From positions 334-64,333 of the forward strand of contig JAQICV010000092.1 of NCBI GenBank assembly GCA_027858315.1: 64,000 nucleotides of DNA. Direction: 5' to 3'. A program made the position numbers and the translations under genes. Shown here piece by piece: positions 49,055 to 58,720 of this stretch (positions are counted from its first letter, which is position 1; each line of letters starts with the position of its first letter). The notes under the pieces are model-generated. The model did no database searches, was not told where the DNA came from, and saw nothing but the letters and a program-made list of their open reading frames with translations. The DNA comes from Candidatus Woesearchaeota archaeon. Its GTDB lineage: Archaea > Nanobdellota > Nanobdellia > Woesearchaeales > UBA583.

Positions 49055-50680
49055 ATGGAAAAATTAGGATCTTTGTTTGAGATCTCATGGGAAGTGTGTA
49101 ATAAAGTTGGTGGAATTCATACTGTTATTTCTTCAAAAGTGCCTCAAATTGGAAATAAATTTGAAAATTATTTTACTGTTGGACCTTACCTTAAAGGCAA
49201 TACTGATGAGTTTAATTCGATTGAAGTTCCTGAAGAATTTAAAAATGAAGTTTTAGAACTTGAGAATTTAGGAATTAAAGTTCATTTTGGTGAGTGGAAA
49301 ATTGAAGGAAGACCTAAAGTAATTCTAGTTGAGCATAGTGGATATTCTTCACATATTAATGAGATTAAATCTTTACTTTGGGATAAGTATGAAATCGATT
49401 CACTTAATTCTGATTGGTATGATTTTGATGAGGTTATTTTGTGGTCTTGGTGTTGTGGTATTGTTTGTGAGAAAATAGGAAATAAAATTGTAGGAGAGGT
49501 TTTTGTTCATTCTCATGAATGGATGTCTGGTGGTGCTATTTTTTATTTGAAAAATTTTGCAAGAGATAATTTTAAAACAGTTTTTACAACTCATGCAACT
49601 ATGCTTGGTAGAACTATTTGTGGTACTGGTGATGATGTATATAAATTGCTTGAAAATGTTGATTCAGACAAGAAAGCATATGAATTAGGAGTTTATACGA
49701 AACATCAAACTGAGAGAGCACTTGCAAAATTTGCAGATTGTTTTACAACAGTTTCTCATATTACTAATAAAGAGGCTAAGTATCTTTATGGTAAGGAAGC
49801 TGATGTAATTTTATATAATGGTTTTGATAATTTTGATTTTGAATTTTTACATAATTTAGATATGGTTCATAAAATGTCAAATGAGAGAATTAAAGATTTT
49901 GCAGAGCATTTTTTTAGACCTTTTTATGATGTTAATTTTTCAAATACTAAGTTTTTTTATACTAGTGGGAGAAACGAATTTAGGAATAAGGGGGTTGATG
50001 TTTATATTGAATCACTTTCAAAATTAAATAAGAAGTTGAAGGATGAAAATTCTAGCAAACAATTGGTTAATTTTTTCCTTATTCCGATTGGAAATTTTGA
50101 TGTTAATGAAACTGTTTTAAAATCTATTAAAGGAGAAGATATTAAAGAGGATTTAATGGGAGTTGCGCCACTTTCTACTCATAGTGTTCCTTACGATAAT
50201 GAGATTATTAAAGCATTTATTGACGGAAGTCTTTTGAATAGAAAAGATGATAAAGTAAAAGTTATTTTGATGCCAGTTTATTTAAATGGTAATGATGGAT
50301 TTTTGAATACTCCTTATTATGATACAATTCTTGGTTTTGATTTAGGAGTTTTCCCTTCATTTTATGAGCCTTGGGGTTATACGCCACTAGAGAGTATTGC
50401 TTATGGAGTACCTACAGTTACTTCCGATTTAGCAGGTTTTGGAAGGGCAATTGTTAGAGATTTTACTGAGAATATTTCAACAAAGGTTTTGATGCGTGAG
50501 AGTCAAAATTCAGATGAAACTGTAATTGACTTGTTTAATTATTTTGAGGATTTTTTGAATAAATCTGATGAAGAAATTAGAAAACAAAAAGAAGAGTCAG
50601 TTTTATTTTCAAGTAATTTTAGTTGGAAAAAATTTGTAGAGAATTATATGAGAGCTTATAATATTGCTAAGAATAAATAA
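49055..50680 (+). CDS. Glycogen synthase, GT3 family
   Basis: FEISWEVCNKVGGIHTV, HSHEWM, FTTHATMLGR, SGRNEFRNKG.D, GVFPSFYEPWGYTPLE. Confidence 0.92.
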   Translation: MEKLGSLFEISWEVCNKVGGIHTVISSKVPQIGNKFENYFTVGPYLKGNTDEFNSIEVPEEFKNEVLELENLGIKVHFGEWKIEGRPKVILVEHSGYSSHINEIKSLLWDKYEIDSLNSDWYDFDEVILWSWCCGIVCEKIGNKIVGEVFVHSHEWMSGGAIFYLKNFARDNFKTVFTTHATMLGRTICGTGDDVYKLLENVDSDKKAYELGVYTKHQTERALAKFADCFTTVSHITNKEAKYLYGKEADVILYNGFDNFDFEFLHNLDMVHKMSNERIKDFAEHFFRPFYDVNFSNTKFFYTSGRNEFRNKGVDVYIESLSKLNKKLKDENSSKQLVNFFLIPIGNFDVNETVLKSIKGEDIKEDLMGVAPLSTHSVPYDNEIIKAFIDGSLLNRKDDKVKVILMPVYLNGNDGFLNTPYYDTILGFDLGVFPSFYEPWGYTPLESIAYGVPTVTSDLAGFGRAIVRDFTENISTKVLMRESQNSDETVIDLFNYFEDFLNKSDEEIRKQKEESVLFSSNFSWKKFVENYMRAYNIAKNK

Positions 50681-50684
50681 GTAA

Positions 50685-51587
50685 ATGATTAAAAAAAATA
50701 ATCGAGTTCATTTGTATTTGGATTCACATTTGAATCAATTTTCAAATGTTTCTTTAGGTTTAGTTTTGCGTGGATTGGGAGCAGAATTAAAGGTAGTATA
50801 TATTAATTCAGATTTTTCTGGTGAGAGTTTTTTGCAAGAGTTTCCAATAGATTTTTTTTCTTATGATAATTTTGATTTAAGTCGAAGTTATGATTTAATT
50901 GTTTTTGATAATTGTGATTTAGATAAATTATCATTTGAGAGAATTCGAGAAATCGCAGAAAATAAAGAAATTTATGGAGAAATAGTTTTTACTTTTTCTA
51001 AAAAAGAAGACTTTGAAAAAGTTTTTGATTTTTCAGATTTAATTAGTGATTTTGATTATTTACAAGTTGATTTGGAAAAGAGTAATATTTCAAATATTAC
51101 TGGAAATGGAAAGGGGAAGAGTACTTTTTGTTTTGGAGAGATTTTTAGACAATTTATCTCAGGAAAAAAAGTTAAACTTATTTATTTTGATAAAGGAGGA
51201 GATTTCTATTCTGAGAGGTTTTTGTTTGATAAAATGAAGATACCATATTTTGTTTCTGGAACTCAAAGATTTGATGGGAAAAAATTCAGATTTGAAAATA
51301 TTGATGAAGATTTTACTGAAGCAAAATTTGGTTTAGAAGAACTTAAGAAATCAGTTGACGAATATGATTTAGTTGTTGCAGAGGAATTAAATACAACAAT
51401 TAAAACTGGACTTTTAGGGTTGGAAGAAGTTTTAGAAGTTGTTAAAATGTTTGATTCTAATTTAATTATTTCAGGAAGATATGCAAATGATAACTTACTT
51501 GAAAATTGTTTTAGAAAGATTGAGGTTAAAGATATTAGACATTATTCTAATAAAGGTTTTGTAGTGAAAAAAGGGATTGATTTTTGA
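50685..51587 (+). CDS. CobA/CobO/BtuR-like adenosyltransferase, apparent tandem duplication with a degenerate N-terminal copy
   Basis: C-terminal half TGNGKGKST, YDLVV.EE, LIISGR.A, H....G.....GIDF; N-terminal half has SLGLVLRGLG, YDLIVFD, EIVFT, FSDLIS but no P-loop. Confidence 0.7.
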   Translation: MIKKNNRVHLYLDSHLNQFSNVSLGLVLRGLGAELKVVYINSDFSGESFLQEFPIDFFSYDNFDLSRSYDLIVFDNCDLDKLSFERIREIAENKEIYGEIVFTFSKKEDFEKVFDFSDLISDFDYLQVDLEKSNISNITGNGKGKSTFCFGEIFRQFISGKKVKLIYFDKGGDFYSERFLFDKMKIPYFVSGTQRFDGKKFRFENIDEDFTEAKFGLEELKKSVDEYDLVVAEELNTTIKTGLLGLEEVLEVVKMFDSNLIISGRYANDNLLENCFRKIEVKDIRHYSNKGFVVKKGIDF

Positions 51588-51657
51588 GAATTTAGTTTTT
51601 TGTGTTACTTATCAGTAAATCTTAAAGTTAATATAAGAATAATTTAATAGGATTATT

Positions 51658-52605
51658 ATGAAAAGTCAATTTAAAGAGAATTTTAATTTTTATACAAATA
51701 TTTTTTTGTTGTGTATAATTTTTTTTGGAGGAGTTGCTTATGCAGATAATAATGGTATTTGGACATATGCGAAAGATATTGTCCCTGGAATTTTTGGGGA
51801 AGATGAGGGTGCAGATCCAAGTAATAGTTTTACTTTTGTAAATCAAGTTGATTTGAATGAAGATACAAGATATAAGGGAGTTGAACTTGATGCAAGAATG
51901 GTTAATGAGAATCAGGCAAATTCGATTACTTCTAATATGATTGTTGATGGAACAATTGGTTCAGATGATGTTAATGATTTGGAAATTCAAGATAGGATTA
52001 ATGACATCTGTCCTTCTGGACAAAGTATTAGAGCAGTTAATTCTGATGGAACTGTTGCTTGTGAATTGGATAGTGTTTTAACTGAAGCAGATGTTGATAC
52101 TTATGTTTCAAATAATGGTTATTTGACTTTTGAGAGTGATCCAACAGTTCCGGCTAATATTAAAGATGGAGTTAGTTGGTCTGAAGTTTCTGGAATTCCT
52201 TCTGATTTAAATGATGGAAGTATTTCTTGGTCGGAGATTGAAGATATACCTACTTCAATTGATGATGTGATAAGTTTAGGTATGAGTGTACCTTCTCAAG
52301 TTACTTGTAGCTATACAGCTTGGAATAGGGACTATGAGAAAACATTGACAGTTCCTAGTTTTGGAATAATAGATAATAAATTTGTGGTTAGGTATCAGGA
52401 ATTGGCATCTAGTTATAAGGATTATGCCTATGGATATTATGATGGCAGTTCTACGGATTTAGGGGCTTGTTTGTTTTACTATGCACCTGATGATGGTGAT
52501 GATAATATTGATTTGACTCCTGAAGAATTAGAGTTTTATAAGATTTTAGTTAAAGAAAATAAAGATTTAATTGAAAAGGGAAAAAGAGATAAATGTCTTT
52601 ATTAA
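51658..52605 (+). CDS. Secreted protein with fibre-like short repeats
   Basis: Signal peptide; ITSNMIVDGTI, CPSGQSIRAVNSDGTVAC, ESDPTVP, DG.SWSE...IP twice. Confidence 0.6.
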   Translation: MKSQFKENFNFYTNIFLLCIIFFGGVAYADNNGIWTYAKDIVPGIFGEDEGADPSNSFTFVNQVDLNEDTRYKGVELDARMVNENQANSITSNMIVDGTIGSDDVNDLEIQDRINDICPSGQSIRAVNSDGTVACELDSVLTEADVDTYVSNNGYLTFESDPTVPANIKDGVSWSEVSGIPSDLNDGSISWSEIEDIPTSIDDVISLGMSVPSQVTCSYTAWNRDYEKTLTVPSFGIIDNKFVVRYQELASSYKDYAYGYYDGSSTDLGACLFYYAPDDGDDNIDLTPEELEFYKILVKENKDLIEKGKRDKCLY

Positions 52606-52619
52606 ATTATATTTAGATT

Positions 52620-53861
52620 ATGAAAAAAATTAATTTTTTTAAATTATTGTTTATTTTTAATTTATTTATTATTATTATTTTAGTTTTCTTTTCTTTTATT
52701 ATTATTAATCAAAATAACGATTATAAAATCCAAGTGAATAGGGATATAAATAATAACTCTGAAAATTTAGTTGAGTTAGAAAATTCTTTATTAATCTCAC
52801 AAAAATGGTTTGACAATTTTCAAAATGAATCGAATATATTTCATTATTTGTATTATCCTGAAGATGATTTAATTTTTAACGAAAGAAATATTGTAAGAGA
52901 ACTAGGTTCTTTTTGGGGTTATGTAAGGTTATATAATTTTAATAAGAATGAAGTTTCTCTGAATCAAATAAATAAGATTAGAAAGAATATTCAAGAATAT
53001 ATTAAATATGATACTTTAGGTGTTACTGAAATAGCATATATTGAGCATGATGGTATTGCGCAAATAAATACTCAAGCATTTTATATTTTAGCACTTTCTG
53101 AATTAAGAAAATCTGGAGTTGAATTAACACAAAGAGAATATGATGATTTAGAAAAAATAATTAATGGTATTTATTTAATGAAGGCAGAGGAAGGAGGTTT
53201 GTGGTATATTTATTATTTACCTAAAGAACATAATAAAATTTCTCCTTATGGAACTTCTGAAACATTATTTGCTTTAATTTCATATTATAATTATATTGAT
53301 TCTGATGAAAATATTTTAAATTTTTCAAAAGATGTTTTTGAGGAGTATTTTGAAATTGCAGGTGAGTATACTTTTGATAAAGAAGAAGCTAGATCATTTT
53401 ATTCTTGGATATTATATTTTTTAACAGAGTTAGATGAAGTTGATGAAGATTATTATCCTTATATGGAAGATTTATTAAATAAAGGATTGGATTATAGAGT
53501 AAATAATCCTGTTTGTGAAAATTCTGGTTGTTTAATGTTTAGTATTACTATTTCTGAAGCTGCGTTTTTAGAAGGAAATATTATTGCATATGATATTGCA
53601 GATAAAAATAATTATTCTAGAATTGATGAGTTGAAGGAGTATATTGATTTGACTTATCGAGATGTAATTAATATGCAAATTGAATCTGTAGAAGATTATG
53701 AAAATAAAACTGGAAATAAATTTGAGGGGAATCCTGATTTGTTAATAGGAGGGTTTTGTGGTGGAAGAAATGATGGTGATTATTTTTGTCAAACTTTAAG
53801 AAATGATTTCACACAACATGCAAGTTCAGCTGTATTAAATTATCATTTGATTTTCAACTAA
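52620..53861 (+). CDS. Membrane-anchored extracellular protein, probable (alpha/alpha)-barrel fold
   Basis: N-terminal TM; F.Y.Y.P...NIVR..G, Y..SE..FAL, C-terminal LRNDFTQHA motif. Confidence 0.5.
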   Translation: MKKINFFKLLFIFNLFIIIILVFFSFIIINQNNDYKIQVNRDINNNSENLVELENSLLISQKWFDNFQNESNIFHYLYYPEDDLIFNERNIVRELGSFWGYVRLYNFNKNEVSLNQINKIRKNIQEYIKYDTLGVTEIAYIEHDGIAQINTQAFYILALSELRKSGVELTQREYDDLEKIINGIYLMKAEEGGLWYIYYLPKEHNKISPYGTSETLFALISYYNYIDSDENILNFSKDVFEEYFEIAGEYTFDKEEARSFYSWILYFLTELDEVDEDYYPYMEDLLNKGLDYRVNNPVCENSGCLMFSITISEAAFLEGNIIAYDIADKNNYSRIDELKEYIDLTYRDVINMQIESVEDYENKTGNKFEGNPDLLIGGFCGGRNDGDYFCQTLRNDFTQHASSAVLNYHLIFN

Positions 53862-54138
53862 TGATTGCAAAGCTTAAAACTATTTTATAGATTAAGTATA
53901 AAAATATTGTCCACCAAATAAGATTCCATAAACTTCCAATTAATAGAAATAACATTAAAACGCCAACAATTATGTCCAAAAGAGAAAAAAAATCTCGATT
54001 TGGAAGATAAAATATTATTCCTTTGAGTATTGCAAATGAGCTTCCGGAGAATATGTAGAGTGGACTCATATATTCGTTGAACATTAGAACTATTAGAGTG
54101 TGTATGTCTATTAGTGCAAGTATCCAAAGTATCATCAT
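53854..54138 (-). CDS. Small membrane protein
   Basis: MMILWILALIDI..., duplicated LKG/LDI-type TM pattern; start uncertain (54138 or 54189). Confidence 0.55.
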   Translation of the reverse strand: MMILWILALIDIHTLIVLMFNEYMSPLYIFSGSSFAILKGIIFYLPNRDFFSLLDIIVGVLMLFLLIGSLWNLIWWTIFLYLIYKIVLSFAIIS

Positions 54139-54225
54139 ATATTTATTATTCTTAGGCGTTTTAATAATGTTTCTTTTTAGTGGTTGCATAAATGTTAAAT
54201 AGTTTTGTTTGTTTTTTAATTTTAT

Positions 54226-55389
54226 ATGAATCAAGTTTTTAAGTTTTATTTGGCGTCTTTTTTGAAGAATCAATTGTATTTTATGCCAATTTTAATTTTA
54301 TTTTTTTTAGATTTTGGACTTAGCTATAAAGAGATTTTTTGGATTTTTACAATTGGTAGTGTGTTTAGTTTTTTAATTGAGATTCCAACGGGGATTTTTG
54401 CAGATTTTTACGGGAAGAGGAGAAGTATTATTTTATCTAAATTTTTGATTTTTGTTTCTTTTTTGGTTTTTGGTTTTTCTTCTAGTTTTTGGATGTTTGT
54501 TTTAGCACAGGTTGTTTATGAATTAGGAATTGCTTTTAGGTCGGGTACTGAGACTGCATATGTTTATGATTTTTTGGATTCAAATAGGAATAAGACTAAG
54601 ATTACTTATACTGAAGTTAAAGGAAAACAAAAATTTTATGCAAGAATTAGTGAATCGCTTAGTGCATTTGTTGGTGGTTTTTTAGTTGTTTATTTTGGGT
54701 TTAGTTTTATATTTTTTATTGCTGCAATTCCTGCATTTTTGAATTTTGTTTTCACTTTATTTTGGGAGGATTTGAAAGAGAAGAAAAAGAAAATAAGTTT
54801 TTCTAAAAGTCTTATTTTTATTAGAGGTTCTTTTGGTGAGATTTTAAAAAAAGTTAGCGTTTTAAAATTGGTTTTAAATATTGCATTATTTTCAGGAGTT
54901 ATTGTGGCTCTTGATAAGTTTATTCAACCTTATATGATTGATGCTGGGATAAAGATTGAATATGTTGGAGTTATTTATGCAGTTTTTTTATTTTTAGGAG
55001 CAATTATTGTTCGTTATTCTTACTTGTTTGAGAATAAGTTTGGTCAAATTAAGACTATTAATTATTTGACTCTCTTTGCAGTTATTCCTGCTTTGATTTT
55101 AGGTTTTGGTTATATTTCAATTATTGGAGTTTTTTTGTTTTTTTTAATTGTTATTATAGAAAATATTAGATCACCTATTGCAAATAGTTTGTTTCATTCG
55201 TATGTTGATTCTGAAAATCGTGCTACGATGGGCTCTATTTTAGAGTTATTTAAGTCCGTTGTTAAATTGATTTTACTTCCAATTGTTGGTTATGTGGCAG
55301 ATATTTTTAGTATTTATCAATCAATTTTGATGCTTAGTATTGTTTTATTTTTTAATGGTATTTTGTTTTATGTTTTGAAAAAGAATTAA
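54226..55389 (+). CDS. MFS transporter
   Basis: EIPTG.FAD.YGKRRS, SGT..A.VYD, RATMGS, about 12 TM. Confidence 0.92.
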   Translation: MNQVFKFYLASFLKNQLYFMPILILFFLDFGLSYKEIFWIFTIGSVFSFLIEIPTGIFADFYGKRRSIILSKFLIFVSFLVFGFSSSFWMFVLAQVVYELGIAFRSGTETAYVYDFLDSNRNKTKITYTEVKGKQKFYARISESLSAFVGGFLVVYFGFSFIFFIAAIPAFLNFVFTLFWEDLKEKKKKISFSKSLIFIRGSFGEILKKVSVLKLVLNIALFSGVIVALDKFIQPYMIDAGIKIEYVGVIYAVFLFLGAIIVRYSYLFENKFGQIKTINYLTLFAVIPALILGFGYISIIGVFLFFLIVIIENIRSPIANSLFHSYVDSENRATMGSILELFKSVVKLILLPIVGYVADIFSIYQSILMLSIVLFFNGILFYVLKKN

Positions 55390-55448
55390 TTTTTTATTAT
55401 TTTTATGTTTTAGATAATATTTATAAACTAATTTTTTTATTTAATTGT

Positions 55449-56057
55449 ATGAAGTCTAAAAAATATGCAGTCACTTGTAATACTCGTTCGGTACCATTTT
55501 TACCAAAAGGTAAAAAAGATGCAGTCACTCCTAATAATTTGTTCGGAACCTTTTTTTCTAAATCTAAGAAAGGAGATGTTAGTCAAGTATTTATTTATGT
55601 GTTCTCAATAATTATTGTAGTTTTTGCATCCTTTATGGTTATTAGTTTTGTCTCAAGTTTTTTGAGTAGTTCTGAGAAATATGAGAATAGTAAATTTTAT
55701 CAAGATTTTGAGAAACATTTTTATAGTGTTTATACTACTATTGGGTCTGAGAAAGTTTACAAGTATGCTGTTTCGACTAAAGTTGAATTAGTTTGTTTTG
55801 TTAGTGATAGAGATTCGATTTCAAGTATTGATATGACTGGTATTTCAAATGAAGATAATTCTATTTTAGAAACACTCTATGATGGAGGTTCAAGAATTGC
55901 TTTGTTTGATGTTAATACTATAATTAATACTCATGCTCCAGAGTATGAATTTGAGGCTGGTGAATCTGGAGCTTATTGTATAAAACCTAGGGCAGGTATT
56001 TTTAGTTTAATTTATGAGAATCGTCGAGGGACAGTTTATATTAGTGAATTGGATTAG
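55449..56057 (+). CDS. Pilin-like protein with extended, repeat-containing class III leader
   Basis: SKKG/DVSQVFIYVFSIII hydrophobic helix, preceded by two 18-aa repeats. Confidence 0.65.
   Translation: MKSKKYAVTCNTRSVPFLPKGKKDAVTPNNLFGTFFSKSKKGDVSQVFIYVFSIIIVVFASFMVISFVSSFLSSSEKYENSKFYQDFEKHFYSVYTTIGSEKVYKYAVSTKVELVCFVSDRDSISSIDMTGISNEDNSILETLYDGGSRIALFDVNTIINTHAPEYEFEAGESGAYCIKPRAGIFSLIYENRRGTVYISELD
55457..55557 (+). repeat. 54-nt tandem repeat within the leader-coding region
   Basis: TAAAAAATATGCAGTCACT..GTTCGGTACCATTTT and TAAAAAAGATGCAGTCACT..GTTCGGAACCTTTTT. Confidence 0.75.
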
Positions 56058-56107
56058 AAAAATAACAACTTTTATTAACTCCTTTGCTTTGTTATTTTTA
56101 TATAAAA

Positions 56108-58654
56108 ATGATTATTAAATCTATTGAGCTTGAAAACATTCGAAGTTATAAAAAAGAGACTATTTCTTTTGATACAGGAATTAATTTTTTGAGTGGGGAT
56201 ATAGGTTCTGGTAAGAGTACTATTCTTCTTGCAATTGAGTTTGCTTTTTTTGGTTTTAAAAAGGGAGATATTGAAGGATTTGAACTTTTGAGGAAGGGAG
56301 AGAGTAAGGGTTCGATAAAATTAGTTTTAGAAGATAAGAGTAAAGTTTTTGAGATTTTTAGAAGTGTTAAGAAGCAGAAAAGTACTGATATGATTTCTCA
56401 AGAAATAGGGTATGTGAAAGATGGAGATAGTTTAATTGAACTTACTCCAAAAGAACTTAATGCTTATGTTTTTGGTTTACTTAATTTTCCTAAAGAATTT
56501 TTGACTAAGAATAAAAATCTAGTTTATAGATTTAGTGTTTATACACCTCAAGAGAATTTGAAGAGTATTTTGTTTGATACTTCTGAGAGCAGACTTGAAG
56601 TTATAAGAAAAATTTTTGGTATTGACAAGTATAAACAACTTTTGAATTCTTTTGATATTTTTTTGAAGAAGATTCGAGAGGATAAAAAAATTTTTGATGT
56701 GAAACTTGAGAGAAAATCTAAAATTTCAAATGAGATTAAAGTTTTGAATGGGAATGTTGAGATTCTTGAAAAGGATGTTAAAAAATTTAGTCTAGAGGAT
56801 TTGAGATTACAAAATGATTTGAAGAAACATAAGGATGCAATTGAAAAAAGAGATACTTTAATAGATAAGCTTTCAAAAAATTTACTTGTACTTGAAAAGA
56901 AAAAATCTACAATTTTGGAAATTGAAGAACAGATTAAGAGTTTGAAAGTAGTAATTTCAAATATTGAAAAGGAGAAGGATAGTTTTGATGAAAAAAAGAT
57001 TAAATTTGAGATTGAAAAACTTGAAAAATTAGTTTTGGAAAAAGATTTGGAGTTGAAGAAAAAGCTTTTTGAAAAATCAGAAATTAAAAAATTTTTGAAA
57101 TCTAAAGATGATTTGATTGATGAGAAACAAAAGTTTGAGAAAGAAATCCTTTTGTTTGAAAATAAAAATATAGAGTTTGAGAAATTTTCAGGAAGTTTTG
57201 ATTATATTTTAACTAAATGTCAAGTTAAAGATTTGGAAAATTTTATTTTAAAAGATAAGGTTAGAATTAAAAAACTCGAAAAATTTGAAGTCGAATTTAC
57301 TGATATTTCAAAAAATAGAATTGAACTTGAACTTAAGTTGGAAAGTTTAAGTGATGATTTGATTAGGATTGAAGATAAAATAAAAAATATTTCTAATATT
57401 GATTTTTGTGATTCTTGTTTACAAAAAGTTTCAAAAGAACATAGAGTTGATATTGAGAAAAATTTGAAGAATGATAAATTGATTGCTAAAGAATCTATTT
57501 CTGAGAAGAAGAAAGAATTATTAGTTTTTGAAAAAAGATTAAAGGTTTTAGATAAAGAAATTTTAGATTTGAGTAATATAAAAGAAGATTTGATTCAAAA
57601 AGAAGAGAGAATCAAGTCTTTGTATGATAAAGAATTGAAAGAGAAATTAATGACTGAAGATTTAAAAAATTTAAGATTGGATCTTGGAAAATTTTCTAGA
57701 GATGATATTGAGAAAAATTTGAAAGAATTAGATTTAAAAATGTCTGAATTTAAGAAAAAAGAAATTTTATTTGATGAGATTGATGTATTTGAGAGAAGAA
57801 TTTTAGAGGAAATTTCTGTTAAAAAATTTGAGATAAAAGATCTCTTGCAAAAAATTATTGATTATAAAAATTTAGATTCTAATTTGAAGAAAGAGAATGA
57901 TTTACTTTACAGTTTAATTCAGAAAATTAAACTTAAAAAAGATATCTTAGAAAAAATTAATGAGTTTGAAATTAAGGAGGAGAAACTTAGAGGTGATAGG
58001 AGTTTACTTAAGAAAAAATATGATGATTACCTTTCTAGTAATAATGAAGTTAATCGTGAACTTATGAGAGTTAAAACTGATTTAAAATCTACTGTTGATG
58101 GAGTTATGCGAAATAATAAGGATTTAATGGAGATTGAAAGAATTGAAAAAGATTATTCAAAATTACTTTTTAATGAAACTTTTTTAAGGACTAGTGCTAG
58201 TGAGATTTTACTTCAAATTGAGAGAAGTGTTTTTAGTAAATATTATGCTGAATTTAATGATGAGTTTGAAAGATTATTTAAAGAGTTGATAGAAGATAAT
58301 GATATTGATGTGAGACTTAATTCTGAATTTTCACCAGTTATTGAACAAAATGGATATGATATTGATGTTAAAAATTTGAGTGGAGGTGAGAAGTCATCTC
58401 TTGCAATTGCTTATAGGTTGGGACTAAAAAAAATTATTGAGTCAAATTTAGATTCAAAACAAAAATTGTCTTTGCTTATATTAGATGAGCCAACAGATGG
58501 ATTTTCAAATGAGCAAATAGATAGGCTTGGGAATATTTTAAAAGATACAAAATTAAAGCAAATTATCTTGGTTTCACATGATGAGAAAATTGAGAGTATC
58601 GCTGATAGAGTTTTGCATATTGAGAAAACAAATCATGTTAGTAAGATTGTTTGA
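56108..58654 (+). CDS. rad50: DNA double-strand break repair ATPase Rad50
   Basis: LENIRSY, GDIGSGKST, central CDSC zinc hook, LSGGEK, LILDEPT, VSH. Confidence 0.88.
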   Translation: MIIKSIELENIRSYKKETISFDTGINFLSGDIGSGKSTILLAIEFAFFGFKKGDIEGFELLRKGESKGSIKLVLEDKSKVFEIFRSVKKQKSTDMISQEIGYVKDGDSLIELTPKELNAYVFGLLNFPKEFLTKNKNLVYRFSVYTPQENLKSILFDTSESRLEVIRKIFGIDKYKQLLNSFDIFLKKIREDKKIFDVKLERKSKISNEIKVLNGNVEILEKDVKKFSLEDLRLQNDLKKHKDAIEKRDTLIDKLSKNLLVLEKKKSTILEIEEQIKSLKVVISNIEKEKDSFDEKKIKFEIEKLEKLVLEKDLELKKKLFEKSEIKKFLKSKDDLIDEKQKFEKEILLFENKNIEFEKFSGSFDYILTKCQVKDLENFILKDKVRIKKLEKFEVEFTDISKNRIELELKLESLSDDLIRIEDKIKNISNIDFCDSCLQKVSKEHRVDIEKNLKNDKLIAKESISEKKKELLVFEKRLKVLDKEILDLSNIKEDLIQKEERIKSLYDKELKEKLMTEDLKNLRLDLGKFSRDDIEKNLKELDLKMSEFKKKEILFDEIDVFERRILEEISVKKFEIKDLLQKIIDYKNLDSNLKKENDLLYSLIQKIKLKKDILEKINEFEIKEEKLRGDRSLLKKKYDDYLSSNNEVNRELMRVKTDLKSTVDGVMRNNKDLMEIERIEKDYSKLLFNETFLRTSASEILLQIERSVFSKYYAEFNDEFERLFKELIEDNDIDVRLNSEFSPVIEQNGYDIDVKNLSGGEKSSLAIAYRLGLKKIIESNLDSKQKLSLLILDEPTDGFSNEQIDRLGNILKDTKLKQIILVSHDEKIESIADRVLHIEKTNHVSKIV

Positions 58655-58720
58655 AATTCTATATTTTATTTGTTTTTGTTTATAGGTAACATTTATAAAT
58701 AACTTTCTTTCTAATTTATT

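Noticed and set aside
55457..55557. Possible CRISPR-like repeat
   Set aside because: Two copies, in frame inside a CDS, no unique spacer of typical length
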